From positions 568,784-592,783 of the forward strand of contig CAWDSC010000004.1 in NCBI GenBank assembly GCA_963804925.1: a DNA stretch of 24,000 nucleotides, read 5' to 3'. Numbering within the stretch: position 1 is the first letter of the stretch; every line of letters starts with the position of its first letter. The notes below the pieces were generated by a model that saw only the letters and a program-made list of their open reading frames with translations, was not told the origin of the DNA and did not search any database. Shown here one piece after another: positions 1 to 10,249 of the stretch. This stretch comes from an uncultured Chloroflexia bacterium. GTDB lineage: Bacteria; Chloroflexota; Chloroflexia; Thermomicrobiales; UBA6265. A program made the translations under genes and the position numbers.

Positions 1-1
1 C

Positions 2-676
2 GGGTTTGCATTTTCCATTGGGCTTCATGATTCCGCTGTCCAGCTGACGCGGGACCGCATCATGGCGAACGCGAAGGAAATTGTTGACGCGACCAATTTG
101 CCGGTTTCGGCCGATCTTCAAAATGGCTTTGGATCAGCCCCCGAGACCTGCGCGGAAACGATTCGGATGGCGGGGGAAATCGGGCTCGTTGGAGGCTCGA
201 TCGAGGATGCCTCCGGCGACCCGGACAATCCCATTTACGATTTTTCACATGCCGTTGAGCGCGTCGCGGCGGCAGTCGAGATCGCGCAATCGTCCCAATT
301 CGTTCTTACCGCCAGGGCCGAAAACTTTCTGCATGGCCGTCCGGACCTGGACGATACCATTCGCCGCCTGCAGGCATTCGAACAGGCTGGCGCTGACGTG
401 CTCTATGCTCCCGGACTCCCGGGGCTTGATGCGATTCGCGAGGTCTGTGCGTCCGTCTCCAAACCGGTCAATGTCGTGATGGGATTGAAAGGGGCGACGT
501 TTACGGTCGATGACATGGCGGCGGCCGGGGTTAGGCGCATCAGCGTTGGCGGCGCGTTTGCCCGAGCGGCGTTGGGCGGATTCATGCGCGCCGCGCAGGA
601 AGTCAAAGATCATGGAACCTTTACATTCGCGTCAGAGGCGCTTTCGCACGGTGAAGCGAGCGGCTACATGGAATAG
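2..676 (+). CDS. Isocitrate lyase / PEP mutase superfamily protein; the 5' end lies outside the window
   Basis: The frame of ORF 62..676 has no stop back to base 2 (GFAFSIGLHDSAVQLTRDRI precedes the listed Met), so the gene is 5'-partial. The translation shows family hallmarks: ADLQNGFG, GGSIEDAS, LTARAE, FEQAGADVLYAPG. Confidence 0.8.
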   Translation, partial: GFAFSIGLHDSAVQLTRDRIMANAKEIVDATNLPVSADLQNGFGSAPETCAETIRMAGEIGLVGGSIEDASGDPDNPIYDFSHAVERVAAAVEIAQSSQFVLTARAENFLHGRPDLDDTIRRLQAFEQAGADVLYAPGLPGLDAIREVCASVSKPVNVVMGLKGATFTVDDMAAAGVRRISVGGAFARAALGGFMRAAQEVKDHGTFTFASEALSHGEASGYME

Positions 677-843
677 ATGGAGCGGCGATCGATATAGAGC
701 GGATCCGCGCTTGACATCGTTCAGCGGAAAGAGCTCACTTCATGCCAATTTCTCAACAACGCTGATGCAATTGGCATTCGATGGCTTCCGGATCACGCTG
801 AGATCGCGCGCAATCTTTTCGGAAAATCGCGGAAGAGATGGAG

Positions 844-1986
844 CTAGGGCGCGACAACACCCACAGACTCGTAGACTAATCCGTTTGCATGGGTAGGGTC
901 GCCTTTGGGATTCGGCATGGCCGAGCAGAGCGCTTCATAAAGCGTCACATGTTGCCGCGCAATCTTATCGCGATCAAAATGGGCCATTGCATGGGCTCGG
1001 CAAGCTGCCGGATCGAGCTTCATTGCTTCAGGAATGGCACGTGCCATCGCTTCCTCATCAACGCAAAGCATGCCTGTGACACCATCGACGACCAGTTCAG
1101 GCGCTGATCCACGGGCTAGCGCGACGACGGGCGTGCCGCGAGCCGCTGCTTCTGCCAGTACGAGACCGAACGGCTCTTCCCAAGGTGATGGAAAGATTAC
1201 CACCCCGGCACGGCCGATGAGCTCGTCCTTCTCCTCGCCGCTCACCTCGCCAACGAACTTCGCGAGGTTCTTAATCGATTGCACGAGCGGGCGCACGACC
1301 GCGTCGTAATACGCTTGTTCCTCGGTGGTGACTCGGAGCGCCATCATCAATGGAAGCTCCGCTGCCTGCGCCACGCGAATGGCTCCGTCTGGACTCTTTT
1401 CCCAGTGGCAGCGTCCAAGAAAGGCAATGTAGCCGCGCTTTTCCTCGGCTGGATAGAATGGCGCTGCTTCGACGTCGATCGGGTTAAAAATGACTCCGCG
1501 AACGCGATGTGCTCTCCCGGTCCAAACTGCTTTTCGGCAGCCGCAGCAAAGAGTTCGCGCTGGCGCTGGCTGATGGCGACAAAGCGATCGCCGCGCCGCG
1601 TCATTCGTTGATAATTCGCAACTGCCGCCGGCGTTGCCGGACCGTGAATCGTTCTGAGGACCGGAATCGGAAAGCCGCGCGGAGCGAGATGGTCGGTATG
1701 GTCGTGGATGATATCGACGCCCATTTCGAGCGCCCGGCGATACGCAAAGCGGCTTGACTCGATTACGCGGCGACTCTTCTGCGCCTCGGTCATATTTTAA
1801 CCCAACCGGCCTTTGGACAATCTCGACGAGCCGTGCGTTCGTCGTCGAGCCAGCCGGGGCGAAAAGCGTGACCTCCTGGCCGTTCTGAAGGAGTCCTTCC
1901 GTGAGATCGTAGATTACGCGCTCGATTCCGCCGTACCCAACGGGAGGAACAGGAAACCAAGGGGGAGCGATTTGAGCAATATGCAT
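844..1986 (-). CDS. GT4-type (GT-B fold) glycosyltransferase; internally out of frame between about 1797 and 1505 as given
   Basis: The N-terminus MHIAQIAPPWFPVPPVGYGGIERV and the C-terminal EEPFGLVLAEAAARGTPVVA (E-x7-E) are classic GT4 features. GGAG lies 5 nt upstream of the ATG at 1986. The conserved middle (GVDIIHDHT..., FVAISQRQRE) is readable only in the overlapping minus-strand ORF 1347..1793. Confidence 0.8.
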   Translation of the reverse strand: MHIAQIAPPWFPVPPVGYGGIERVIYDLTEGLLQNGQEVTLFAPAGSTTNARLVEIVQRPVGLKYDRGAEESPRNRVKPLCVSPGARNGRRYHPRPYRPSRSARLSDSGPQNDSRSGNAGGSCELSTNDAARRSLCRHQPAPARTLCCGCRKAVWTGRAHRVRGVIFNPIDVEAAPFYPAEEKRGYIAFLGRCHWEKSPDGAIRVAQAAELPLMMALRVTTEEQAYYDAVVRPLVQSIKNLAKFVGEVSGEEKDELIGRAGVVIFPSPWEEPFGLVLAEAAARGTPVVALARGSAPELVVDGVTGMLCVDEEAMARAIPEAMKLDPAACRAHAMAHFDRDKIARQHVTLYEALCSAMPNPKGDPTHANGLVYESVGVVAP

Positions 1987-2195
1987 GGTAACTCCGGATT
2001 GCAAACGGCGAAGTTGCATTTGAGTGCAGATGCAGGCCTCGCTGGGGACAATGAGCCCGTAAAAACCTGAGCACTGAAAACCTCAGCACCCGATCGAGCT
2101 ATATTCAATATCAATGCCATCCAACTCAGTCACTGTAGCCTTCGCATATAGAACCGCTTACCGCCATATGGCGGTAAGCGGTGTCGTGTTGTGTC

Positions 2196-4109
<1,914 letters not shown>

Positions 4110-4116
4110 TCAGGAG

Positions 4117-4212
4117 GCGACATCATCCCTGCGCGGGCATTATCCCGATCAGGTTCGACGGTCGGTAGCGGAATAGCTACCATCTCAGCCTGGTTCCCCA
4201 AGCCCCCGTTGC
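4117..4212 (-). promoter_or_regulatory. TPP (THI-box) riboswitch aptamer
   Basis: The minus strand reads ...GGGGCUUGGGGAACCAGGCUGAGAUGGUAGCUAUUCCGCUACCGACCGUCGAACCUGAUCGGGAUAAUGCCCGCGCAGGGAUG... It contains the conserved THI-box cores CUGAGA and GAACCUGAUC.GG.UAAUGCC.GCG.AGGGA, directly 5' of thiC. Confidence 0.88.
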
Positions 4213-4409
4213 GGCGCTCTTTGGTTGTCGTCCTTACCCTAGGGGACGCACATCAATCGGTCAAGTCGTGAGTCCATTCTAGGAAGTTGCATATTTTGCA
4301 TGACATGTAATACTTCAGATGGGAATCACATTCGAATGAACTTTTGAGAGGAACGAAAATGTCCTTGGAAGAATGTGGATTGCCCAAAATCCCTCTACAA
4401 ACCAGCTTA

Positions 4410-5956
4410 ATGAATCGCCGCCGTGTCCTGCAGACCGGCGTCGCCGCTGCCGCGCTTTCGGGATTGGGGCTGCATGGCCGCGCCGCCGCCCAGGATGCGA
4501 CACCGGTCGCGGCGTTGACACCGAGTGACGCCGATCTCATCGCTGGATTGCCGGCGTTCATTGAAGCGACGATGAAAACGTACGACGTACCGGGCGTAGC
4601 GGTGACGCTCGTTCGTGACGGCGAAACGCTGTTCGAGCAGGGTTTCGGGGTGCGGGAGCTCGGCAAACCCGAGACCATCGACGCCGACAGCCAGTTCCAG
4701 CTCGCCTCTAACAGCAAGCCGATGACCGCCGCTGCGATTGGGGCACTGGTCGATGCAAAAGAGATCACGTTCGATACCGTCGTCGCCGATGTGGTGACGG
4801 ACTTCCAGCTGGAAGACCCCTACCCGACCCGCTACTGCACCATCCGCGATCTGCTCGCCCACCGTTCCGGCTTTCCGGCGTTTTATGGCGATGTGCTGGA
4901 GCAGCTGGGATACGACCGCGATGAGCTGATTCGCCGGCTGCGCTTCGTCGAAAGTGGCGGCAAGTTTCGCGAGCATGCGCTCTATTCGAATCTTGGCTAC
5001 TTCGCCGCCGGGCAGGCGCTTGCCCATGTCCATGGCAGCGATTGGGAAACGGCCATGACGGAGCTGCTCTGGGCGCCGCTGGGTCTGTCGCGCACCAACG
5101 CGATGGTGGAAGGCTATCCGGCGGACGGCAACTATGCCCACAATCACGCCATCGTTGACGGAAAGAACACCGCCGGTCGAGTGGGATGATTCGATCGAAT
5201 TCGGCGCTGCTGGCGGAGTCGTCTCGACGGCCAAGGATATGGGCGTCTGGATGAAGATGCTGCTCGCGAGCGACATGTCCAGCGAGTACGCGCTGCTGTC
5301 ACCCGAAACTCGCGCCGACATCTTCGCGGATAGCATGGTCGCCGAAGTGTCCTTTTCTGAGACTGCCGCCGATCAGCGCGGCAACCGGTTTCAATTACGG
5401 GCTTGGCTGGGGCGTTTTCCGGCTCAACGGGCATGTCGTGGTTGAAAAGGGCGGCGCGCTCGGCGGCATTCGCACCGTGGTCAATATGATTCCGGATCTC
5501 GGCATCGGCATCTCGGTGCTGGTAAACCAGAATCTGACGATGGTCCCCGAAGCGGTCCGCGCCCACGTGCTCGAGTACTACCTCGGTGCGGCTGGCCCCG
5601 ACACGCAGGAGCAGATCCATACCGCCTGGGAGCAGTTGTCGGGCGCGTTTGCCGCTGCCGCCGCGCCCATGGCGTCCGCGGAACCCACGCTGCCGCTCGA
5701 TGCCTATATCGGCACGTACGAGAACGACATGGTTGGCGAAGTGGAGATCGTCGCGACCGAGGATGGCGGCATCCGGCTAGAGGCGGGCCCCGCCCGCTAC
5801 GCGGCAACGCTGACGCCGATCGGCCACGACGTTTTCCTGATGGCCTTCCACTCCTACACCTCGTTCGGCGATAACGTGACCTTCGCCATTGACCCAACCG
5901 GAGTCCCAACCGGCTTCACGACTGAATCGATGGGTAACTTCACGAAAGTGGCGTAG
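4410..5956 (+). CDS. Tat-signal serine hydrolase (beta-lactamase / class C PBP-like family) with a C-terminal lipocalin-like (DUF3471-type) domain; two +1 frame breaks as given
   Basis: A twin-arginine signal is present (MNRRRVLQTGVAAAALSGLGLHGRAAAQ). The SxxK motif (ASNSKPMT) and YSN motif (LYSNLGY) are in ORF 4344..5189. The continuation FGAAGGVVSTAKDMGVWMKMLL is in ORF 5134..5445. YGLGW...GHVVVEKGGALGG and the C-terminal domain are in the frame of ORF 5438..5956. Confidence 0.82.
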
Positions 5957-5971
5957 CGGCGTAAGCCCTCA

Positions 5972-6003
5972 CCCTCACCCGGTCCATTAGGACCGGGTGA
6001 GGG
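5972..6003. repeat. REP-like perfect palindrome (14-bp stem)
   Basis: CCCTCACCCGGTCC-atta-GGACCGGGTGAGGG, preceded by a tandem CCCTCA CCCTCA. Its CCCTC(A/T)CCC core is shared with the palindromes at 13171 and 13629. Confidence 0.7.
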
Positions 6004-6011
6004 TTAAACAA

Positions 6012-6043
6012 AAACGGCCCGGGAACTACATCCCGGGCCGTTT
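6012..6043. terminator. Bidirectional intrinsic terminator between the convergent hydrolase and helicase genes
   Basis: AAACGGCCCGGGA-actaca-TCCCGGGCCGTTT is a 13-bp stem. T-runs follow on both strands (plus: TTTGATGATTT; minus: TTTTTGTTT). Confidence 0.75.
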
Positions 6044-6049
6044 GATGAT

Positions 6050-7566
6050 TTATGCCTGTGCGACTGGTTCGCGGCGAGGGCTCGATCGCCGGTTGCGATA
6101 GCAGCTATTGCAATAGACCGGGCGAGACGGATCAGGCTGGAAGTTGACTTCCGCCGGATTGCCGCACTCCGAGCACTGCACGGTGATGCGGGCGCGCGGA
6201 GCGCGATCCGCATCTGGCGCGTTCCTGGTAATCGGGGCCGATACCCTAGCTCGGGTGCCGCATGGCGGCGATTGCCGGGCTGCGCCGGGCGAGCGCTGCT
6301 CGACGTGCGACGGACAGGTTGCGCCTGAGGTCGGCTGATCGGCGCCCGGGAGGCAGCAGGTGCAGGTGTCGCGTCGAAGGTCATTCCCACCGGCAGACCT
6401 GCAACTGCAGCGACGGCGCCCGGCCAGGGCAGACGCGGAATCCGCTTGCCGAGACCGCGCTCGAGCTGACGCCATTTGACGGCGTCCTCAGGACCGAGCA
6501 GCGTGATCGCCTGGCCTTCGCGTCCCATGCGACCGGTGCGGCCGATGCGGTGCGTCAGCATTTCGGACGATTCAGGCAGTTCCATATTGATGACCTGGCT
6601 GACATGCGTCACATCCAGACCACGGGCGGCGACATTGGTCGCCAGCAGAACTTCGACCTGACCCGAGCGGAAATCGGCCATGACGGCGTCGCGGGCATTC
6701 TGGGAAAGATTCCCCTGCAGCGCCGCCACCGGATAACCGGCCATTTCGAGCTGGCGGGCGATCTTCTTGATGCCATGCTTCGTTTTGCCGAAGACGATGG
6801 TTGAACCCTCGCCCCGGTTGTCGAGCAGATCCTTGATCGCGTCGAGCTTGGTGAGCTGACCAAGATCGTAGGCGACATGCTCGATGACCGCGGCATCTTC
6901 CGGGTTCGGATCGACGGAGATTGTCACCGGCTGGTCGAGATGTCGCTCAATCGTTTTGCGAATCCACTCAGGGAAGGTCGCCGAGAAGAGCGCGGTCTGC
7001 CGGGCCGGAGTGACGCGGCTCATGATCCGCTCGACATCCGGCGCGAAGCCGCGATCGAGCATCTCATCCCCTTCATCGAGGACAAGCAGGCGAACTTCGT
7101 TCAGCCAGAGCGCGCCCTGGTTGATCAGATCGAGCACGCGGCCAGGCGTGCCGACGACGATCTGGACACCCTTGCGGAGCATGTCGCGCTGGGGTCCCAT
7201 CGCCTTGCCGCCGTAGATCAGTCCGACCTTGAGGCCCTTGTGCTTGCCAAGCTCCTCGAAGACGCCGCCGATCTGGACGGCGAGCTCACGGGTCGGCGTC
7301 AGCACGAGCACCTGAACGGCCTTCTTATCCGGACTGGCGAATTCGATCGCGGGAATACCGAAGGCGAGTGTTTTGCCCGAGCCGGTGCGGGCCTGTCCGA
7401 TGACATCACGACCATCCAGCAATGCTGGAAGCGTGGCGGCTTGAATAGGGGTTGGAGTTTCCATCCCCATACGTGTGAGCGCCTGAAGCACACCTTGGCT
7501 CAGGCGAAGATCGGCGAACGACGTTACAGCCGTGCCGGTCGAAGAATCGATCGTTGCAAAAGACAA
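6050..7566 (-). CDS. DEAD-box ATP-dependent RNA helicase with a C-terminal CxxC...CxxC zinc ribbon; frame change in the basic tail as given
   Basis: Helicase motifs are present: Q motif (TPTPIQ), I (ARTGSGKT), Ia (PTRELA), II (DEGD), III (SAT), V (ARGLD), VI (HRIGRTGR). The zinc ribbon ITVQCSECGNPAEVNFQPDPSRPVYCNSCY is in the other minus frame (ORF 6050..6475) and stops just before the terminator hairpin. The listed 520-aa frame instead reads through the hairpin. Only a TTG start is available, at 7566. Confidence 0.88.
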
Positions 7567-7721
7567 CTGGAATAAACCTTGCTGCGCAGCGCAAGCGGTT
7601 AGAAAGGCAGGTTAAACGGCCGAGCCGGTCAGTACGGCTCGACGAACCCGGCGCTGCACATAAGGCGGGGGCATTGGCGTACTGTCGCGCGAGCGAACCT
7701 CGCGCATGCCTTGCGAAACAA

Positions 7722-7730
7722 AGTATAGCA
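7722..7730 (-). promoter_or_regulatory. Candidate extended -10 promoter element (TGcTATACT) for the helicase
   Basis: The minus strand reads TGCTATACT about 155 nt upstream of the helicase start. No good -35 is present. The implied long leader contains several GC hairpins (for example GCGCGAG-guucg-CUCGCGC at 7687..7705). Confidence 0.3.
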
Positions 7731-7901
7731 GATTGCGCACAGCCTATATTTAGCGCTCTCCAAAACGTTCAAGAGCCTTGTTGCCACACTCGATTCTGAG
7801 TACGCTCAAAAGGTGAATGACTTCGTCATCCAGGTTTTGCAGAACCTGGTGTCCCGCAGGTTCACAAAACAATGTGAGCCAAACCAATCGAGCAACGCCT
7901 G

Positions 7902-10028
7902 ATGCAGAATCCTCAAACGCCACCGGCATCACCGGTGGCTGGAGTTCCTTTTTCCCAAAATCATCAGCATCCCAAGCGGGCTGCGCATTGGATTGAACTG
8001 GCGATTACGATCGCCGGTCTCGGCATTACGCTGATCGCGATCGCCCTCTTCCTGCGCGAGAGTTTCAGTACGGGCATGAAGGACGCTGAACGAAGCGAAC
8101 CATGGGCACTCGTCCGCCTTGGCATCTTCGTGCTGGTCGTACTGCTCCTTGTCTACGGGAATATCATCTATCAGCTTTGCAGGCTCGGCTATCTCAGTCG
8201 CACACGCCGACACCGGATCCGGCACCGCGACGAGCAGCTGCCATCGGTTCAGGGCGAGCCACTCGTTGTGCTTGTTCCATCATATATGGAAGACCTACGT
8301 ACGATGCGTCAAACGTTGCTTTCGGCCGCATTGCAGGACTACCCGAACCGACGCGTGGTGCTCCTGCTCGACGATCCCATCAACCCGCAGTCTCCCGACG
8401 AGATCGAGAGCCTCGATGCCGCCCGGAAGCTTCCAGACGAGCTCAATCGACTGCTTCGTGGACCACGGCGCTACATCGAATCAGCGTCAGCGTTGTTCCG
8501 TGAACGTCTGGAGCGCGGTGCACTTGACATACGGGCCGAGCGAAAGCGGCTCCTCAATGCGCATCAGGAGATGCTCTTCTGGTTCTCGCAACAGGGAGCG
8601 GTTAATCCCTTGCACGATCATACAGACGAGCTTTTCAATGATCTGACTTTTCGCTCACACCATGACACAATCAAGGAGCGGATTGCTGCCATACGCCGTG
8701 ATCTGTCTGCGACATTGCCAGACGCGGTAGCGATCAGCCGCGCGTATGACGCGCTGGCCGTGCTCTTTCAGGCGGAAATCACGTCATTCGAGCGAAAGCG
8801 TTACGTGAATCTTTCCCATGCGCCGAACAAGGCAGCAAACCTGAATGCCTACCTCGGCTTGATCGGCCGGAGCGTTCAGGAACAGATGATTGACGGCCAG
8901 CTCCATCTCGTCGACGCCGGATTGGAAGCAGACAATGTGCTCAACATCCCCGACGCAACGTATTCGATCACGCTGGATGCCGACAGCTTGCTGCGGATCG
9001 ACTATGCTCGGCGGCTCACCGTCGTCATGGAAGCGCCGGGGCACGAGCGCTTCGCCGTCGTGCAGACGCCGTACACCGCAATCCCGGGAGCGCCGAGCCA
9101 GCTAGAGCGTATCGCTGGCGCTACGACGGACATCCAGTACGTTATTCACCAGGGATTCACGCAATACAATGCGACCTTCTGGGTCGGTGCCAACGCACTG
9201 ATCCGGATGGATGCGCTTCGCGATATCCAGGGAGAAGAAGAGGAGCGCGGATTCAACGTGCCGGTCTATATCAAGGATCGCACCGTTATCGAGGACACCG
9301 AATCTACCATCGATCTCGTCGCGAAGGGTTGGACGCTGCACAACTATCCGGAACGCCTCGCCTTCAGCGCTACTCCTCCCGACTTTGGTTCGCTCCTCAT
9401 CCAGCGCCGCCGCTGGGCGAACGGCGGCCTGCTCATTCTTCCAAATCTGATTCGACATGGTCTCAGCACGCTCTTCGAGCGGGGCAAAACGCTGGAGCTT
9501 TTCGTTCGCGCCCACTATCTTGTCTCGATCGCGGGGACCAGTCTGGGGCTGCTCGTCCTGCTCTTCCTACCGCTTGGCAAAGGGTTTGACAGTCCCTGGT
9601 TGCCGCTGACCGCGCTCCCCTACTTCCTGCTATATGCCCGCGATCTCACGCAGATTGGCTACCGCAAGAGCGACGTCCTCCGCGTTTACGCCTTCAATCT
9701 GCTCCTGCTGCCGATCAATCTGGCAGGGGTTCTGAAATCGCTCCAGCAGGGCGTGACCGGCGCCAAGATCCCTTTCGGCCGAACTCCGAAGACGGAAGGT
9801 CGAACCGCGGCGCCGTCCTGGGCAATCGCGGCGGAATGGGCCATGTTCCTCACCTGCCTGGCCATCGCGGTATTGAATGCCATCCAGGGCCAATGGGGCC
9901 ACGCCGCCTTTTCGATGGTCACTGCAATTGCGCTCGCCTACGCCGTGATCGCCTTCATCGGCATCCGTGCCAGCGTTGAAGACCTTACCCTTCCGTGGAC
10001 CAGGCTCCGACGCCTGACCGGATCATGA
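7902..10028 (+). CDS. Membrane-embedded processive family-2 glycosyltransferase (cellulose synthase / OpgH-like polysaccharide synthase)
   Basis: A single intact 708-aa ORF carries VVLLLDDP, NKAANLN, ITLDADS (DxD), VVQTPY, VIEDTES (ED) and LIQRRRWANGG (QxxRW). There are two predicted N-terminal and about five C-terminal hydrophobic helices. No PilZ-like tail is evident. Confidence 0.85.
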   Translation: MQNPQTPPASPVAGVPFSQNHQHPKRAAHWIELAITIAGLGITLIAIALFLRESFSTGMKDAERSEPWALVRLGIFVLVVLLLVYGNIIYQLCRLGYLSRTRRHRIRHRDEQLPSVQGEPLVVLVPSYMEDLRTMRQTLLSAALQDYPNRRVVLLLDDPINPQSPDEIESLDAARKLPDELNRLLRGPRRYIESASALFRERLERGALDIRAERKRLLNAHQEMLFWFSQQGAVNPLHDHTDELFNDLTFRSHHDTIKERIAAIRRDLSATLPDAVAISRAYDALAVLFQAEITSFERKRYVNLSHAPNKAANLNAYLGLIGRSVQEQMIDGQLHLVDAGLEADNVLNIPDATYSITLDADSLLRIDYARRLTVVMEAPGHERFAVVQTPYTAIPGAPSQLERIAGATTDIQYVIHQGFTQYNATFWVGANALIRMDALRDIQGEEEERGFNVPVYIKDRTVIEDTESTIDLVAKGWTLHNYPERLAFSATPPDFGSLLIQRRRWANGGLLILPNLIRHGLSTLFERGKTLELFVRAHYLVSIAGTSLGLLVLLFLPLGKGFDSPWLPLTALPYFLLYARDLTQIGYRKSDVLRVYAFNLLLLPINLAGVLKSLQQGVTGAKIPFGRTPKTEGRTAAPSWAIAAEWAMFLTCLAIAVLNAIQGQWGHAAFSMVTAIALAYAVIAFIGIRASVEDLTLPWTRLRRLTGS

Positions 10029-10249
10029 GAAACCTTCCCGAAACGCCGCCTCGACCTCGATGGAGCTAGGGATTAGCGTCAAGAGTTCTCGTATCGAAGA
10101 GACATAGAGAACGCGGAAATGAAGTTGGCTCGGACGAATCCATTACCACAGATTGTTGAAAGAGCGTCGTTTATTCGACCATTGTCGATTTTTGCATCGG
10201 CCATTCGATGATTCTGTGTACGACGTGAGTGTTCATGAGGAGGAACGCA

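Noticed and set aside
742-777. ATGCCAATT...AATTGGCAT 9-bp inverted repeat between the ICL-family gene and the GT4 gene, as a terminator
   Set aside because: No T-run follows on either strand and the loop is 18 nt. It cannot be supported as a terminator from sequence alone.
1347-1793. Treating ORFs 1347..1793, 3718..4083, 5134..5445, 5438..5956, 6050..6475 and 21306..21755 as separate genes
   Set aside because: Each encodes the missing conserved segment of the adjacent larger gene and lacks its own RBS or start context. They are frame-shifted fragments, not independent genes.
4407-5336. 309-aa minus-strand ORF antisense to the serine hydrolase
   Set aside because: Shadow ORF opposite a gene with clear SxxK/YSN motifs. 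It has no motifs or RBS of its own.
6877-7575. 232-aa plus-strand ORF antisense to the DEAD-box helicase
   Set aside because: Shadow ORF opposite canonical helicase motifs, with low-complexity R/D/E/L content.
7800-7901. Possible riboswitch (for example c-di-GMP) upstream of the GT2 synthase
   Set aside because: Only a simple CCAGGTT-ttgcag-AACCTGG hairpin (7841-7860) is present, plus a vague GCCAAACC string. No conserved GEMM cores could be matched.
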